This document shows, in pieces, positions 1-7,717 of a stretch of DNA of 32,000 nt; position 1 is the stretch's first letter, and every line of letters starts with the position of its first letter. The DNA is from an uncultured bacterium. GTDB lineage: Bacteria > Babelota > Babeliae > Babelales > RVW-14. Location: contig CAVXAT010000009.1 of the NCBI GenBank assembly GCA_963759805.1, positions 8,635 through 40,634 of the forward strand. Direction: 5' to 3'. The translations under genes were made by a program, and so were the position numbers. Below the pieces are notes generated by a model. It ran no database searches. It saw only the letters and a list, made by a program, of their open reading frames with translations, and was not told the DNA's origin.

Positions 1-273
1 CACTGAAAAATTAGGAGATCGAACATCGGTATTTGTCCATTCAAGTGTGACTGGAACGCCTGATTTATCTATGGCTGAAAGGTGCCCACTTTTCTGTGTA
101 GCCGTAACATTTTTCACATGTTGCAGCCACACAGAAGTTTGAGGCGCAACATCTTTTGGATTACTCATTTTTTTATTACTTTCGACATTATTAGCTTTTT
201 TTATACAACTACTAAACAACATCATTCCCATGTAAGTGCAAAGCACAAATGTAATTCGATTAGCGCAAAACAT
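1..273 (-). CDS. Partial CDS (N-terminal 91 codons, continues past window start): putative lipoprotein/secreted protein of unknown function
   Basis: The minus-strand frame is open from ATG (273-271) to position 1 with no stop. It is absent from the ORF track because it is truncated. The N-terminus MFCANRITFVLCTYMGMMLFSSC is hydrophobic and ends in a lipobox-like Cys23. It resembles the signal peptide of the upstream hydrolase. The start overlaps the hydrolase stop by 14 nt, which suggests an operon. Confidence 0.5.
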   Translation of the reverse strand, partial: MFCANRITFVLCTYMGMMLFSSCIKKANNVESNKKMSNPKDVAPQTSVWLQHVKNVTATQKSGHLSAIDKSGVPVTLEWTNTDVRSPNFSV

Positions 274-1375
274 TTTGAACCCAATCTAACATAGTTTTTA
301 ATACCACTGGCGCGATCGTTTCTTTAATAGTCCCATATTCAGCCAATGCCCCGGTTTTACAAGTCTGGAGAGAGTGATTTAGATTTGGAAATTCAACTGC
401 TGTTACATCACAATTTCCAGCAACTTTACAAGTGTCAGTGATAATAGAAATTGAAGGTTTCGACGATGTAATCCAATCATGATCTCCATAAAGTGCCAAC
501 ATAGGAACTTTAATTTGTGCAAGGAAACTTTCTGGCTTGCAACCAATAAAATAACGATACCATGGTGAATTGTAAACATTGACCATGCCCTCAATTTTGG
601 CCTGAGTAATCGCAAATGGAATCTTCTCAGATTCAAGCTTTAACTGCTCCGGCAGATTGTTGCAATAATCGTGCAAAATTGTTTCTAGCTTAACCTTGGA
701 TTCTTCAGAGCTTGATTGATTTACTATTGTAAGCATCTGTGTGCGCAACTTATGATCTTGATCAAGAAGCTCTTGGCTTGCACCATCAGCTTTCAATTGT
801 TTGCCAGTCTGGATAACTAGTCCATCAATGTCTGCTTGAACAACTCCGGCCATGAGAACAACAAAAGCAACGTCAGTGGATTCCGCAGCAATCATGCTTG
901 AGATCATACCACCCTCGCTATGTCCGATTAATCCAATTTTAGTTGAATCAATATCTTTGCGAGCCTTTACGTACTCAATTCCAGCAAGAACATCATCGGC
1001 AAAATCTCGACTTGTAGCGCTATCATAATCACCGGTTGATTTACCAACCCCGCGTTTATCAAATCTCAGTACAGCAATTCCATTCTGCGTCAGATATTCT
1101 GCGAGAACAAAGAACCGCTTATGCCCCATCAACGTATAATCACGATCGTTAGGACCATATCCAGGCACTAAAATTACTGTCGCTTCGGGCTTTTTATTAA
1201 TCGGAGTTGTTAGTGTTCCGGAAATTGTTATTCCAGCCTTGTGGCTCTGATAACTAACATCTTCTGATTTAATCAACATTTCATTTCTTTCAGTTTTTTC
1301 AGATAAACAAATATTCATTAAAAATATACCCATACATAGACACAAACCAAGGGCTATGCGATTAGCATATAACAT
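260..1375 (-). CDS. Secreted or lipid-anchored alpha/beta-fold serine hydrolase
   Basis: 371-aa ORF with an N-terminal hydrophobic signal (MLYANRIALGLCLCMGIFLMNIC). It has the nucleophile elbow GHSEGG, and later GDHD and LNHS motifs consistent with a Ser-Asp-His triad. Confidence 0.85.
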   Translation of the reverse strand: MLYANRIALGLCLCMGIFLMNICLSEKTERNEMLIKSEDVSYQSHKAGITISGTLTTPINKKPEATVILVPGYGPNDRDYTLMGHKRFFVLAEYLTQNGIAVLRFDKRGVGKSTGDYDSATSRDFADDVLAGIEYVKARKDIDSTKIGLIGHSEGGMISSMIAAESTDVAFVVLMAGVVQADIDGLVIQTGKQLKADGASQELLDQDHKLRTQMLTIVNQSSSEESKVKLETILHDYCNNLPEQLKLESEKIPFAITQAKIEGMVNVYNSPWYRYFIGCKPESFLAQIKVPMLALYGDHDWITSSKPSISIITDTCKVAGNCDVTAVEFPNLNHSLQTCKTGALAEYGTIKETIAPVVLKTMLDWVQNVLR

Positions 1376-1730
1376 TTAATGTCCCTATAAATTAATATAT
1401 GGAAAATATAAAAACAAAACACTGTATCCGTGAAAACAATTTCATGATACTGGTAAACATTAAGAGAAAGTATTCTATCACAGCAGCCAGCAGCCACTAG
1501 TACTTAGAAACTTATAAAATAACTGAAAAAACTTTCATAACGGCCCCGCTAAATTTTAAAGGCCCAACATGCCATATCCGACGTACTAACTACATCTTAG
1601 CATAGCCTATTTCTTTTACAATAGGCCCAAGTTGACTTAATGCTTTCAAATGGCTTAAATCCAAGCCTCTGATGTATATAAAAATATTTTTAAAATATAA
1701 AAAAAGCTTGTAAAAGTCAGGTTGGAAACG

Positions 1731-1760
1731 TGATATAATGGTTGTAATAAGTACTTATTA
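1731..1760 (+). promoter_or_regulatory. Candidate ssb promoter: extended -10 (TGaTATAAT, 1731-1739) followed by a 16-bp perfect palindrome TAATAAGTACTTATTA (1745-1760)
   Basis: Sequence read directly, about 55-80 nt upstream of the ssb ATG. The RBS AAGGAG lies at 1801-1806. No good -35 at canonical spacing (TTGTAA at 1708-1713 is 20 nt away). Confidence 0.35.
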
Positions 1761-1812
1761 ACATTAACGTTTTTTATATTATTTTATTTTATTTTAATTT
1801 AAGGAGCCTAAA

Positions 1813-2277
1813 ATGGCTTATATAAACAAAATTACCATTGTTGGTAACATAACAAAAGATCCAGAGGTTAGAAAAACCTCTACTGGTACATCTGTATGCT
1901 ACTTCGGAATAGAGTCAAGTCGCCAATTCAAGAATAGACAGAGTGGCGCAATGGACAAGGAGACCTGCTTTATTGATGTTAACATTTGGGGTGCACAAGC
2001 CGAGGCATCCACTCAATCACTAAAAAAGGGGCTGAATGTTCTTGTTGAGGGCCACATCAAATTCAACACCTGGCTGGATCAAACAGGTGTCAAACATGCT
2101 AAGCATTTGATCGTTGCTGAGCAAGTAATACCATTTTACGCAAGTCCTGACCAAATAATGAATTCAGGCAACTCATCGCAACCTAACTCAGTTGCTACAA
2201 ACGCATCAGTGGCCAATTCTGGCAACGCAGTAATCAATAATAATCCAGCTCAGGATTACGACAATCTTCCATTTTAG
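1813..2277 (+). CDS. ssb: Single-stranded DNA-binding protein
   Basis: 154 aa with an N-terminal OB-fold pattern (ITIVGNITKDPEVRKT...), a low-complexity N/S/Q-rich linker and the canonical acidic tail DYDNLPF. AAGGAG RBS 7 nt upstream. Confidence 0.95.
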   Translation: MAYINKITIVGNITKDPEVRKTSTGTSVCYFGIESSRQFKNRQSGAMDKETCFIDVNIWGAQAEASTQSLKKGLNVLVEGHIKFNTWLDQTGVKHAKHLIVAEQVIPFYASPDQIMNSGNSSQPNSVATNASVANSGNAVINNNPAQDYDNLPF

Positions 2278-2304
2278 GAAATAATTAACTTTTCTTTTCT
2301 CGTG

Positions 2305-2329
2305 GGACCACATTTAATCGGTGTGGTCC
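2305..2329 (+). terminator. Possible hairpin terminator after ssb
   Basis: GGACCACA (2305-2312) pairs with TGTGGTCC (2322-2329) around a 9-nt loop. The downstream T-tract is weak. Confidence 0.4.
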
Positions 2330-2462
2330 TCATAATTTCTACACAGATCACAAAATTTCACTTCTTTTAGACCAATTTAACAAAAACTGCTACCTTATAC
2401 ATTCAGTTTTTACTGATTTATAAAGCAAAATATCGCACCTTCAATGAAAGATGTAATTAAAC

Positions 2463-3931
2463 ATGAACAAAGTTGTAATCTATGCTCGAGTTTCATCCAA
2501 AGAGCAAGAATCTGAAGGCTATTCCATCCCATCTCAATCAAATTATTGAATGAACATGTTGAAAAGAATAAATTTGCTATCGTTGAAAAGTTTGTTGACG
2601 TTGAGACCGCAAAGAAAGCCGGACGACCAGAATTTAACAATATGATTGAGTTCGTAAAGCGTAATAAGTTTATTAAAGATATCCTGGTAGAGAAAACGGA
2701 TAGATTGCTACGCAATTTTTCTGATCTTGCAACAATTTATGACGAAATGATTATAGGCTTTGGGGTTAAGGTTCATTTCGTCAAAGAAGGCATAATACTT
2801 GATAAATCATCTAAGTCGACTGATAAGTTTTTCTTTGGACTTAGGGCTTTAATGGCCAAGCAAACGGTAGATAATCTATCTGAAGAAGTTCGAAAAGGGA
2901 TGAAAGAAAAGGCTGAGCAGGGAACATTGCCTACGCGTGCACCTTATGGCTATTTAAATGATGGAGTTAAGGGAAGAAGAGGCATAAAAGTAGATCCAGA
3001 CGCAGCTTCATATGTAATAAAAATGTTCGAATTATATGCAACTGGAACCTATACACTTTTTACACTACGCAAGAAAATGTTTGATGATGGAATCGTCTAT
3101 AGAAATGGTAAAAATTTTCATAAAAGCATTGTAGAGCGTATTCTAAAAAATGAATTTTACACTGGAGTGCTTAAGTGGGATGGTTTTAGAAATGAGAATG
3201 CTACGCATACTCCAATAGTTAGTAGGGAATTATTTAACCAAGTACAAGGATTGCTCGTGAGTACAAATAAACCTAAATCACGTAAGGGTCTATTCCCTTA
3301 CACAAATCTCATCAAATGTGGACTATGTGGGTGTTATATGACTGCTGAGATTAAAAAGGGAAAATACATTTACTATCGCTGTACTGGAAGTAAAGGCAAG
3401 TGCGCTCAGATATACATCAAGCAGGAGGCCCTTGATGTTGAATTTGAAAGGGTACTTGAAAGCATTCATATTCCCGAAGAAGGTCATCGCTTGATTATGA
3501 AGGGGCTAAAGGAAAATCTCAGCGAAAAGATAGAATATCATAATACCTGTGTTAAACAGATAGAATCACAGATAGCTTTATTGCAAGGTCGTATCGATAG
3601 GGCTTACACTGATAAAGTAGACGGAAAGATATGTGAAGAGTTTTGGCAGCAGAACACTGATAAATGGTTGGCCGAGAAAGAAGAGCTTACTACAAAATTG
3701 TTAAGTCTTCAGAAGACGGATACCTATTTCATGGAGAACATAAATTTAATCCTCGAACTCTCCAAACAAGCGGCTGAGCTATTTAAGACACAGAATGCTG
3801 AAGAAAAGCGTAGATTGATAAAATTGATAACATCGAACTGCATTTTAAAAGATGGGAAGATCGTGCTGGAGCTGGCTGAACCCTATAATGAAATCATGAA
3901 AACCAAGGAATCTGGGAAATGGTGTGCCTAG
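2463..3931 (+). pseudogene. Large serine recombinase (phage-integrase/TnpX type) disrupted by a 1-nt frameshift near 2537
   Basis: ATG 2463 encodes MNKVVIYARVSSKEQESEGYSIPSQ, the catalytic-Ser resolvase motif, then hits TGA at 2547-2549. The family sequence continues in another frame from about 2537 (IKLLNEHVEKNKFAIVEKFVDVETAKKAGRPEF...) for 461 more codons. These include the recombinase domain (APYGY), a zinc ribbon (CGLCGCYMTAE...YYRC) and a coiled-coil tail. One missing base after 2537 would restore a single frame. Confidence 0.85.
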
Positions 3932-3996
3932 CAGGACTCGAACCTGCGGCCTAGCGATTAGGAATCGCTCGCTCTATCCACCTGAGCTATAGGCAC
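3920..3996 (-). tRNA. tRNA-Arg (anticodon CCT), CCA encoded
   Basis: The reverse complement folds as a cloverleaf. Acceptor GTGCCTA/TAGGCAC, D arm GCTC-AGGTGGATA-GAGC, anticodon arm AGCGA-TTCCTAA-TCGCT, T arm GCAGG-TTCGAGT-CCTGC, then A-CCA. 77 nt. Confidence 0.9.
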
Positions 3997-4007
3997 TCAA
4001 AAAAGAG

Positions 4008-4081
4008 TGCGCCCGGCAGGGCTCGAACCTGCAACCTGCGGATTCGAAGTCCGACACTCTATCCAATTGAGCTACGGGCGC
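4008..4081 (-). tRNA. tRNA-Arg (anticodon TCG), no encoded CCA
   Basis: The reverse complement folds as a cloverleaf. Acceptor GCGCCCG/CGGGCGC, D arm GCTC-AATTGGATA-GAGT, anticodon arm TCGGA-CTTCGAA-TCCGC (one terminal mismatch), T arm GCAGG-TTCGAGC-CCTGC, discriminator A. 74 nt. Confidence 0.9.
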
Positions 4082-4164
4082 ATAAAAATCATTTACTTAT
4101 TTTTACCAGAGAAATAGAAAAAGAGCGAACATTTTGCATAAATTTTTATTGTATTTTGTATTTA

Positions 4165-4317
4165 ATGGGGCTCGAATGCACCTTCACGACTTGTCCCCCA
4201 TAGCTACCTGCCTGCCCATCGTAGCCACTTGGGCGAAGTTGGGAGCGAAGGGGGAAGGGCATAGGTGGGCTTGTCATCCGTAGCTATGAGCCCTTGAGGG
4301 CGAAAGCGAAGGATGAA
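4165..4317. repeat. GC-rich structured island with internal GTAGC(C/T)A(C/T) and GGGCGAAG-type sub-repeats
   Basis: Sharp GC spike inside an AT-rich spacer. Complementary segments: ATGGGG 4165-4170 with CCCCAT 4196-4201; CATAGCTAC 4199-4207 with GTAGCTATG 4280-4288; GGGCT 4267-4271 with AGCCC 4289-4293; GCCC-TTGA-GGGC 4290-4301. It has no ORF and contains one copy of the hairpin motif listed below. Confidence 0.5.
4215..4243 (+). repeat. GC-rich hairpin motif copy (stem CCCA/TGGG, loop TCGTAGCCACTTGGGCGAAGT)
   Basis: Shares the loop core CGTAGCCAC...GGGCG.AG with 12186-12213 and 8419-8449. The stem differs but stays complementary. Confidence 0.55.
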
Positions 4318-4363
4318 GCTACGGGCGCACAAAAACATATACTTATATTTACCAGAGAAATGG
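4318..4363 (-). other. Duplicated fragment: first 11 nt of tRNA-Arg(TCG) plus one flanking base and its upstream flank (imperfect copy of 4071-4117)
   Basis: GCTACGGGCGCA (4318-4329) is identical to 4071-4082. The following flank is similar with a few substitutions and indels, including the identical block TTACCAGAGAAAT (4349-4361 versus 4103-4115). Confidence 0.7.
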
Positions 4364-4582
4364 ATAAAATACCAGGAAATCTAGTCTTTTTCAAAAACAT
4401 TGTGTAAATCTTGCCAGCCCAAAATATTAATACCCTTGCAAGGCTCCTTTATGCGATTCAATGAGACATGTAATGGGTAGTTTGTAAATCTGCAATCCAA
4501 TTCTGTAATTGTAATGGCATCAAATTAAGTCTGGTAGAAGAGTTGGGAAAAATCATGTAAATAAGGGGCTTAGTTCATGCAC

Positions 4583-5236
4583 TTAATTTCTATAATATTC
4601 CAGAATATAGCGAGTTGGTTTGCCGTCTTCGTAAAAATATCCAATTTCTTTAAAGCCTGCTTTTTTCAAAGCTTTGTAGCTAGGTTTATTCCAAAGTCTT
4701 ACATGAGCATTAAAAACGTCTCTGTCGGGATGAAGTCTGAAATAAGTAGAGGAGATAAGTTTTATTGATTCCTGAATTCTGCCCCCACCGCGATAGTTTT
4801 CATTAATCCAGCATCCAAATTGTCCCGGATCGTCCGGGTTTTTTTCGCGAATTTCAAGCGATCCGATTAGCTTATTGCTTTTGTTATCAAAAATGATGTA
4901 CATAAGTTGCTTGCCTTCATGGCATTTTTCCATTTCAATTTTTAAATACCTGATGGTATAACTTAGAGTTATTGTTTCGGGAAACTCGAGACCTTTTCGT
5001 ACATTGTTTGAAAACATATTGTGATAATCAATGAAGTAATCCTCTTTGAGTGTGCGCAATGTTACTAGCTTTCCTTGAATCTCTTCAGGCGGTGTTAGAA
5101 GTTGGGTTTGTTTAACGTGTAACCAACCGGATTGGTAAACAAAATATCCTGCCGGTAGTGATAATAAAAAAGCTAGCAGTAGCCATTTTATAATAGATTT
5201 TCTATTGAATATAATTTTCCGAATATTAAAATTCAT
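4583..5236 (-). CDS. GNAT-family N-acetyltransferase (RimJ/RimL-like) with N-terminal membrane anchor
   Basis: 217 aa. Residues about 15-35 are hydrophobic (WLLLAFLLSLPAGYFVY). The C-terminal part carries GNAT-like motifs (GCWINENYRGGGRIQESI..., NKPSYKALKKAGFKEIG). Confidence 0.75.
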   Translation of the reverse strand: MNFNIRKIIFNRKSIIKWLLLAFLLSLPAGYFVYQSGWLHVKQTQLLTPPEEIQGKLVTLRTLKEDYFIDYHNMFSNNVRKGLEFPETITLSYTIRYLKIEMEKCHEGKQLMYIIFDNKSNKLIGSLEIREKNPDDPGQFGCWINENYRGGGRIQESIKLISSTYFRLHPDRDVFNAHVRLWNKPSYKALKKAGFKEIGYFYEDGKPTRYILEYYRN

Positions 5237-5357
5237 GATTTCTCCCCTCCCTTACTACCCCAAATTTTAACAAAACTTTGTCCATAAAAATTGTTTTATT
5301 ATCTGAAGTTTAAACTAATCTGGTTACCTGCAGCAATAAATAAACAAATAAACTGTT

Positions 5358-6980
5358 TTAAAGTGGTATATTTCCATGCTTTTTCTTTGCCGAAAGTTCG
5401 ACTTTGTTTTTTAATATTTCAATCGCGCGAATTAGATGATATCGTGTTTTGATCGGTTCGATGATAGCGTCGATATATCCATTTTCGGCTGCGGTCAAAG
5501 GGTTCATGAACTCTTCTTCGTACTGTGTCTCAAGTTTCTGAATAAGCGCTTCTCTGTTTTCAGGAAGAGCTTTTTCTATTTCAGATCGGTGTAAGATAGC
5601 AATTGCACCTTTTGCTCCAAGAACTGCTATTTGAGCGTTGGGCCATGCAAAATTAAAATCTGCACCGAGTTCTTTGCTGCCCATAACAACGTAAGCTCCA
5701 CCAAATGCCTTGCGTAAAATTAGTGTGATTTTGGGAACGGTGGCTGAGGCATAAGCGTAAATTAACTTTGCACCATGGCGAATTATACCGTTGTGTTCCT
5801 GTTCGACCCCCGGTAAAAAACCGGGAACATCAACCAACGAAATTATAGGTATGCAGAATGCATCGCAAAAATTAATAAATCTTGCAGCTTTGCATGAAGC
5901 CTGAATGTCGATTACTCCGGCTTTGACTTTTGGCTGGTTCGCGACCAGTCCGATATTTTTTCCATCAAGTTTTGCAAATCCAACAACAATATTTGGTGCG
6001 AAATATTCATGAACTTCGAAAAAACTTTTTGAATCAAAAATGGAATTAATCAGATGTCTTATGTCATAGCCTTGTGAAAAATTTTTAGGGACTAGTCCCG
6101 TAGGGAGCAGACCCGTAGTGTCAAGATCCATGGGAGCAAGATTTGCAGGATTAAAACCCGTAGAGTCAAGACTTGCAGAATCAAGATTCGTAAGATTAAA
6201 ATCTGCCTGGTGATTCTCTTGAGCCCCTGGTTCAGATAAATAATTTTGTGGCAAATATGACAAAAGCCTTTTGACCTGTTCCAAGCACTCGTCCTCACTG
6301 TTCGCAACAAAGTGTGCAACACCGGACTTTTGTGCATGGACCAATGCCCCACCAAGCTCCTCTTTTGATACCTTTTCGTGTAAAACCTGTTCTACCACCT
6401 GAGGTCCTGTTATAAACATGTTGCTGGTGTTGATAGTTGTAAAAACAAAGTCGGTCAGAGCGGGGGAGTAGGTTGCACCGCCTGCACATGGGCCAAGAAT
6501 TATTGAAATTTGAGGAATAATCCCTGAATATTTGACGTTACGCATAAAAATCTGACCATAGCCGGCAAGAGCGTGAACCCCTTCATCGATACGAGCACCA
6601 CCTGAATCTATTATTCCAATTATGGGGCAACCAACTTTAGCGGCCATGTCCATGATTTTGCAAATCTTATCTGCATGTCGCTTGCCAAGAGAGCCACCTT
6701 TTATTGTAAAGTCCTGGGCGTAAACGGCAACCTGCCTCCCCTGAATGGTCCCAAAACCGGTTACGACGCCGTCTGTTATAAATTTTTCTTCTAAAAACAG
6801 TGATTTTGCGAGATGATCAAGTTCTTCAAAACTTTCTTGATCAAGAAGATACTCCAGCCTTTCCCACGCAGTTTTTTTCCCTAGTTTATGCTGCCTTTCT
6901 GTCTTTTGCTCGATGATATTCGACCCAACCATTGTGCCCATCTGAACGGGCGTTCCCATAATTGCAATATCTGCCGACAC
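5358..6980 (-). CDS. Acyl-CoA carboxylase carboxyltransferase (beta) subunit, PccB/AccD5/methylmalonyl-CoA decarboxylase-alpha family
   Basis: 540 aa with a family-typical pattern (TAWERLEYLLD..SF.E, GVVTGFG.I.GR.V.VYAQDFT..GGSLG, PII...DSGGARI.EG, FAWP.A.IAV.G..GA..I, ...GNIPL). GTG start at 6980; an internal ATG at 6959 is an alternative. Confidence 0.9.
   Translation of the reverse strand: MSADIAIMGTPVQMGTMVGSNIIEQKTERQHKLGKKTAWERLEYLLDQESFEELDHLAKSLFLEEKFITDGVVTGFGTIQGRQVAVYAQDFTIKGGSLGKRHADKICKIMDMAAKVGCPIIGIIDSGGARIDEGVHALAGYGQIFMRNVKYSGIIPQISIILGPCAGGATYSPALTDFVFTTINTSNMFITGPQVVEQVLHEKVSKEELGGALVHAQKSGVAHFVANSEDECLEQVKRLLSYLPQNYLSEPGAQENHQADFNLTNLDSASLDSTGFNPANLAPMDLDTTGLLPTGLVPKNFSQGYDIRHLINSIFDSKSFFEVHEYFAPNIVVGFAKLDGKNIGLVANQPKVKAGVIDIQASCKAARFINFCDAFCIPIISLVDVPGFLPGVEQEHNGIIRHGAKLIYAYASATVPKITLILRKAFGGAYVVMGSKELGADFNFAWPNAQIAVLGAKGAIAILHRSEIEKALPENREALIQKLETQYEEEFMNPLTAAENGYIDAIIEPIKTRYHLIRAIEILKNKVELSAKKKHGNIPL
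6087..6203 (-). repeat. In-frame degenerate tandem repeat (about 45-nt/15-aa unit) inside the carboxyltransferase linker
   Basis: Encodes FNLTNLDSA-SLDSTGFNPANLAPM-DLDTTGLLPTGLVP. On the coding strand the units AGTCTTGACTCTACGGGT and GATCTTGACACTACGGGT lie 45 nt apart. Confidence 0.7.
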
Positions 6981-7133
6981 CTTACACCCACCTATGTTAA
7001 AATACAGCTCTTTAAAATTATTATTTACTTGTACTGGAACACGCAGTATAACATAGAGTATGGTGTAATCAAATGCCCCCCGGGGGCATGCCAGATACCA
7101 AGGATAGTAAGTTTAAAAATGGGAGCGGAGGTA

Positions 7134-7706
7134 ATGAATCAAAATCAAAGGATTCCTCAAAACAATTCAAGTGTTGCATGGTTCAAAATTGCCAATCTGA
7201 TTGAACGAAAAGAACGAGAAAAGGCATTGAGCGTTTATAAGCTTATGTCCCATTCACTGCAGGATAGAGCATATGCCTTGCAACTGGAGGGTGACATTCT
7301 GTGGTATTTTGAAGAGATTCCGGAATCCTGTTTGAAATATCTGCAGTCTGCATTTTTGTACAGAAATGCCCAACGTTGGCTTGATGCCGTTTCGCTTTAT
7401 GAACAAGTTTCCCTTCTTGACCCAAATAATTATGATGCGTTGATTTATTCAGTGCCTTGCTATGCGCAGCTTGCTTGGGATAAGAAATTTAAACAAAACT
7501 TGGAGACGATTTCTGCTTTTGTATCACAGAACCCGTCTGATGAAAAATTGGTTGCCCATTTAATTAAAAGCCTTGCCGAGGTTGTTCGCGAAATTGATGT
7601 TGTGAGTTTTAAAACTCAGTTACATGATAAGTTAGTACAGTTGCTAGCATCAATCCCCAAACATATGGCAGAAAAACTTGATCCGGTAGTTAAAAAGTGT
7701 CTTTAG
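7134..7706 (+). CDS. Hypothetical protein, helical-repeat (TPR-like) appearance
   Basis: The track ORF 6888..7706 overlaps the divergent carboxyltransferase start. The first plausible starts are ATG 7119 or ATG 7134, the latter preceded by GGAGCGGAGG. No recognisable catalytic motifs. Confidence 0.55.
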   Translation: MNQNQRIPQNNSSVAWFKIANLIERKEREKALSVYKLMSHSLQDRAYALQLEGDILWYFEEIPESCLKYLQSAFLYRNAQRWLDAVSLYEQVSLLDPNNYDALIYSVPCYAQLAWDKKFKQNLETISAFVSQNPSDEKLVAHLIKSLAEVVREIDVVSFKTQLHDKLVQLLASIPKHMAEKLDPVVKKCL

Positions 7707-7717
7707 TTGCGTATTTT

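Noticed and set aside
82-294. 70-aa + strand ORF at the window start
   Set aside because: It is antisense to the better-supported minus-strand partial ORF (1-273), which has a signal peptide paralogous to the neighbouring gene.
2535-2550. Programmed frameshift or TGA recoding to explain the split serine recombinase
   Set aside because: There is no slippery heptamer. Reading through TGA in the original frame gives non-homologous sequence. All other genes terminate normally under the standard code. A simple 1-nt deletion or a sequencing error is the simplest explanation.
4165-4329. Possibility that the GC-rich island is an intact or intron-containing tRNA, or a tmRNA-like gene
   Set aside because: Only the first 11 nt of the tRNA 5' end are present. 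No 3' acceptor complement (CGGGCGC), anticodon arm or proper T arm could be found, and no tmRNA tag frame was seen.
6888-7133. N-terminal 82 codons of the track ORF 6888..7706
   Set aside because: This part overlaps the start of the divergent carboxyltransferase gene and its upstream region. It has an odd composition and no RBS. The start was moved to 7134 (or 7119).
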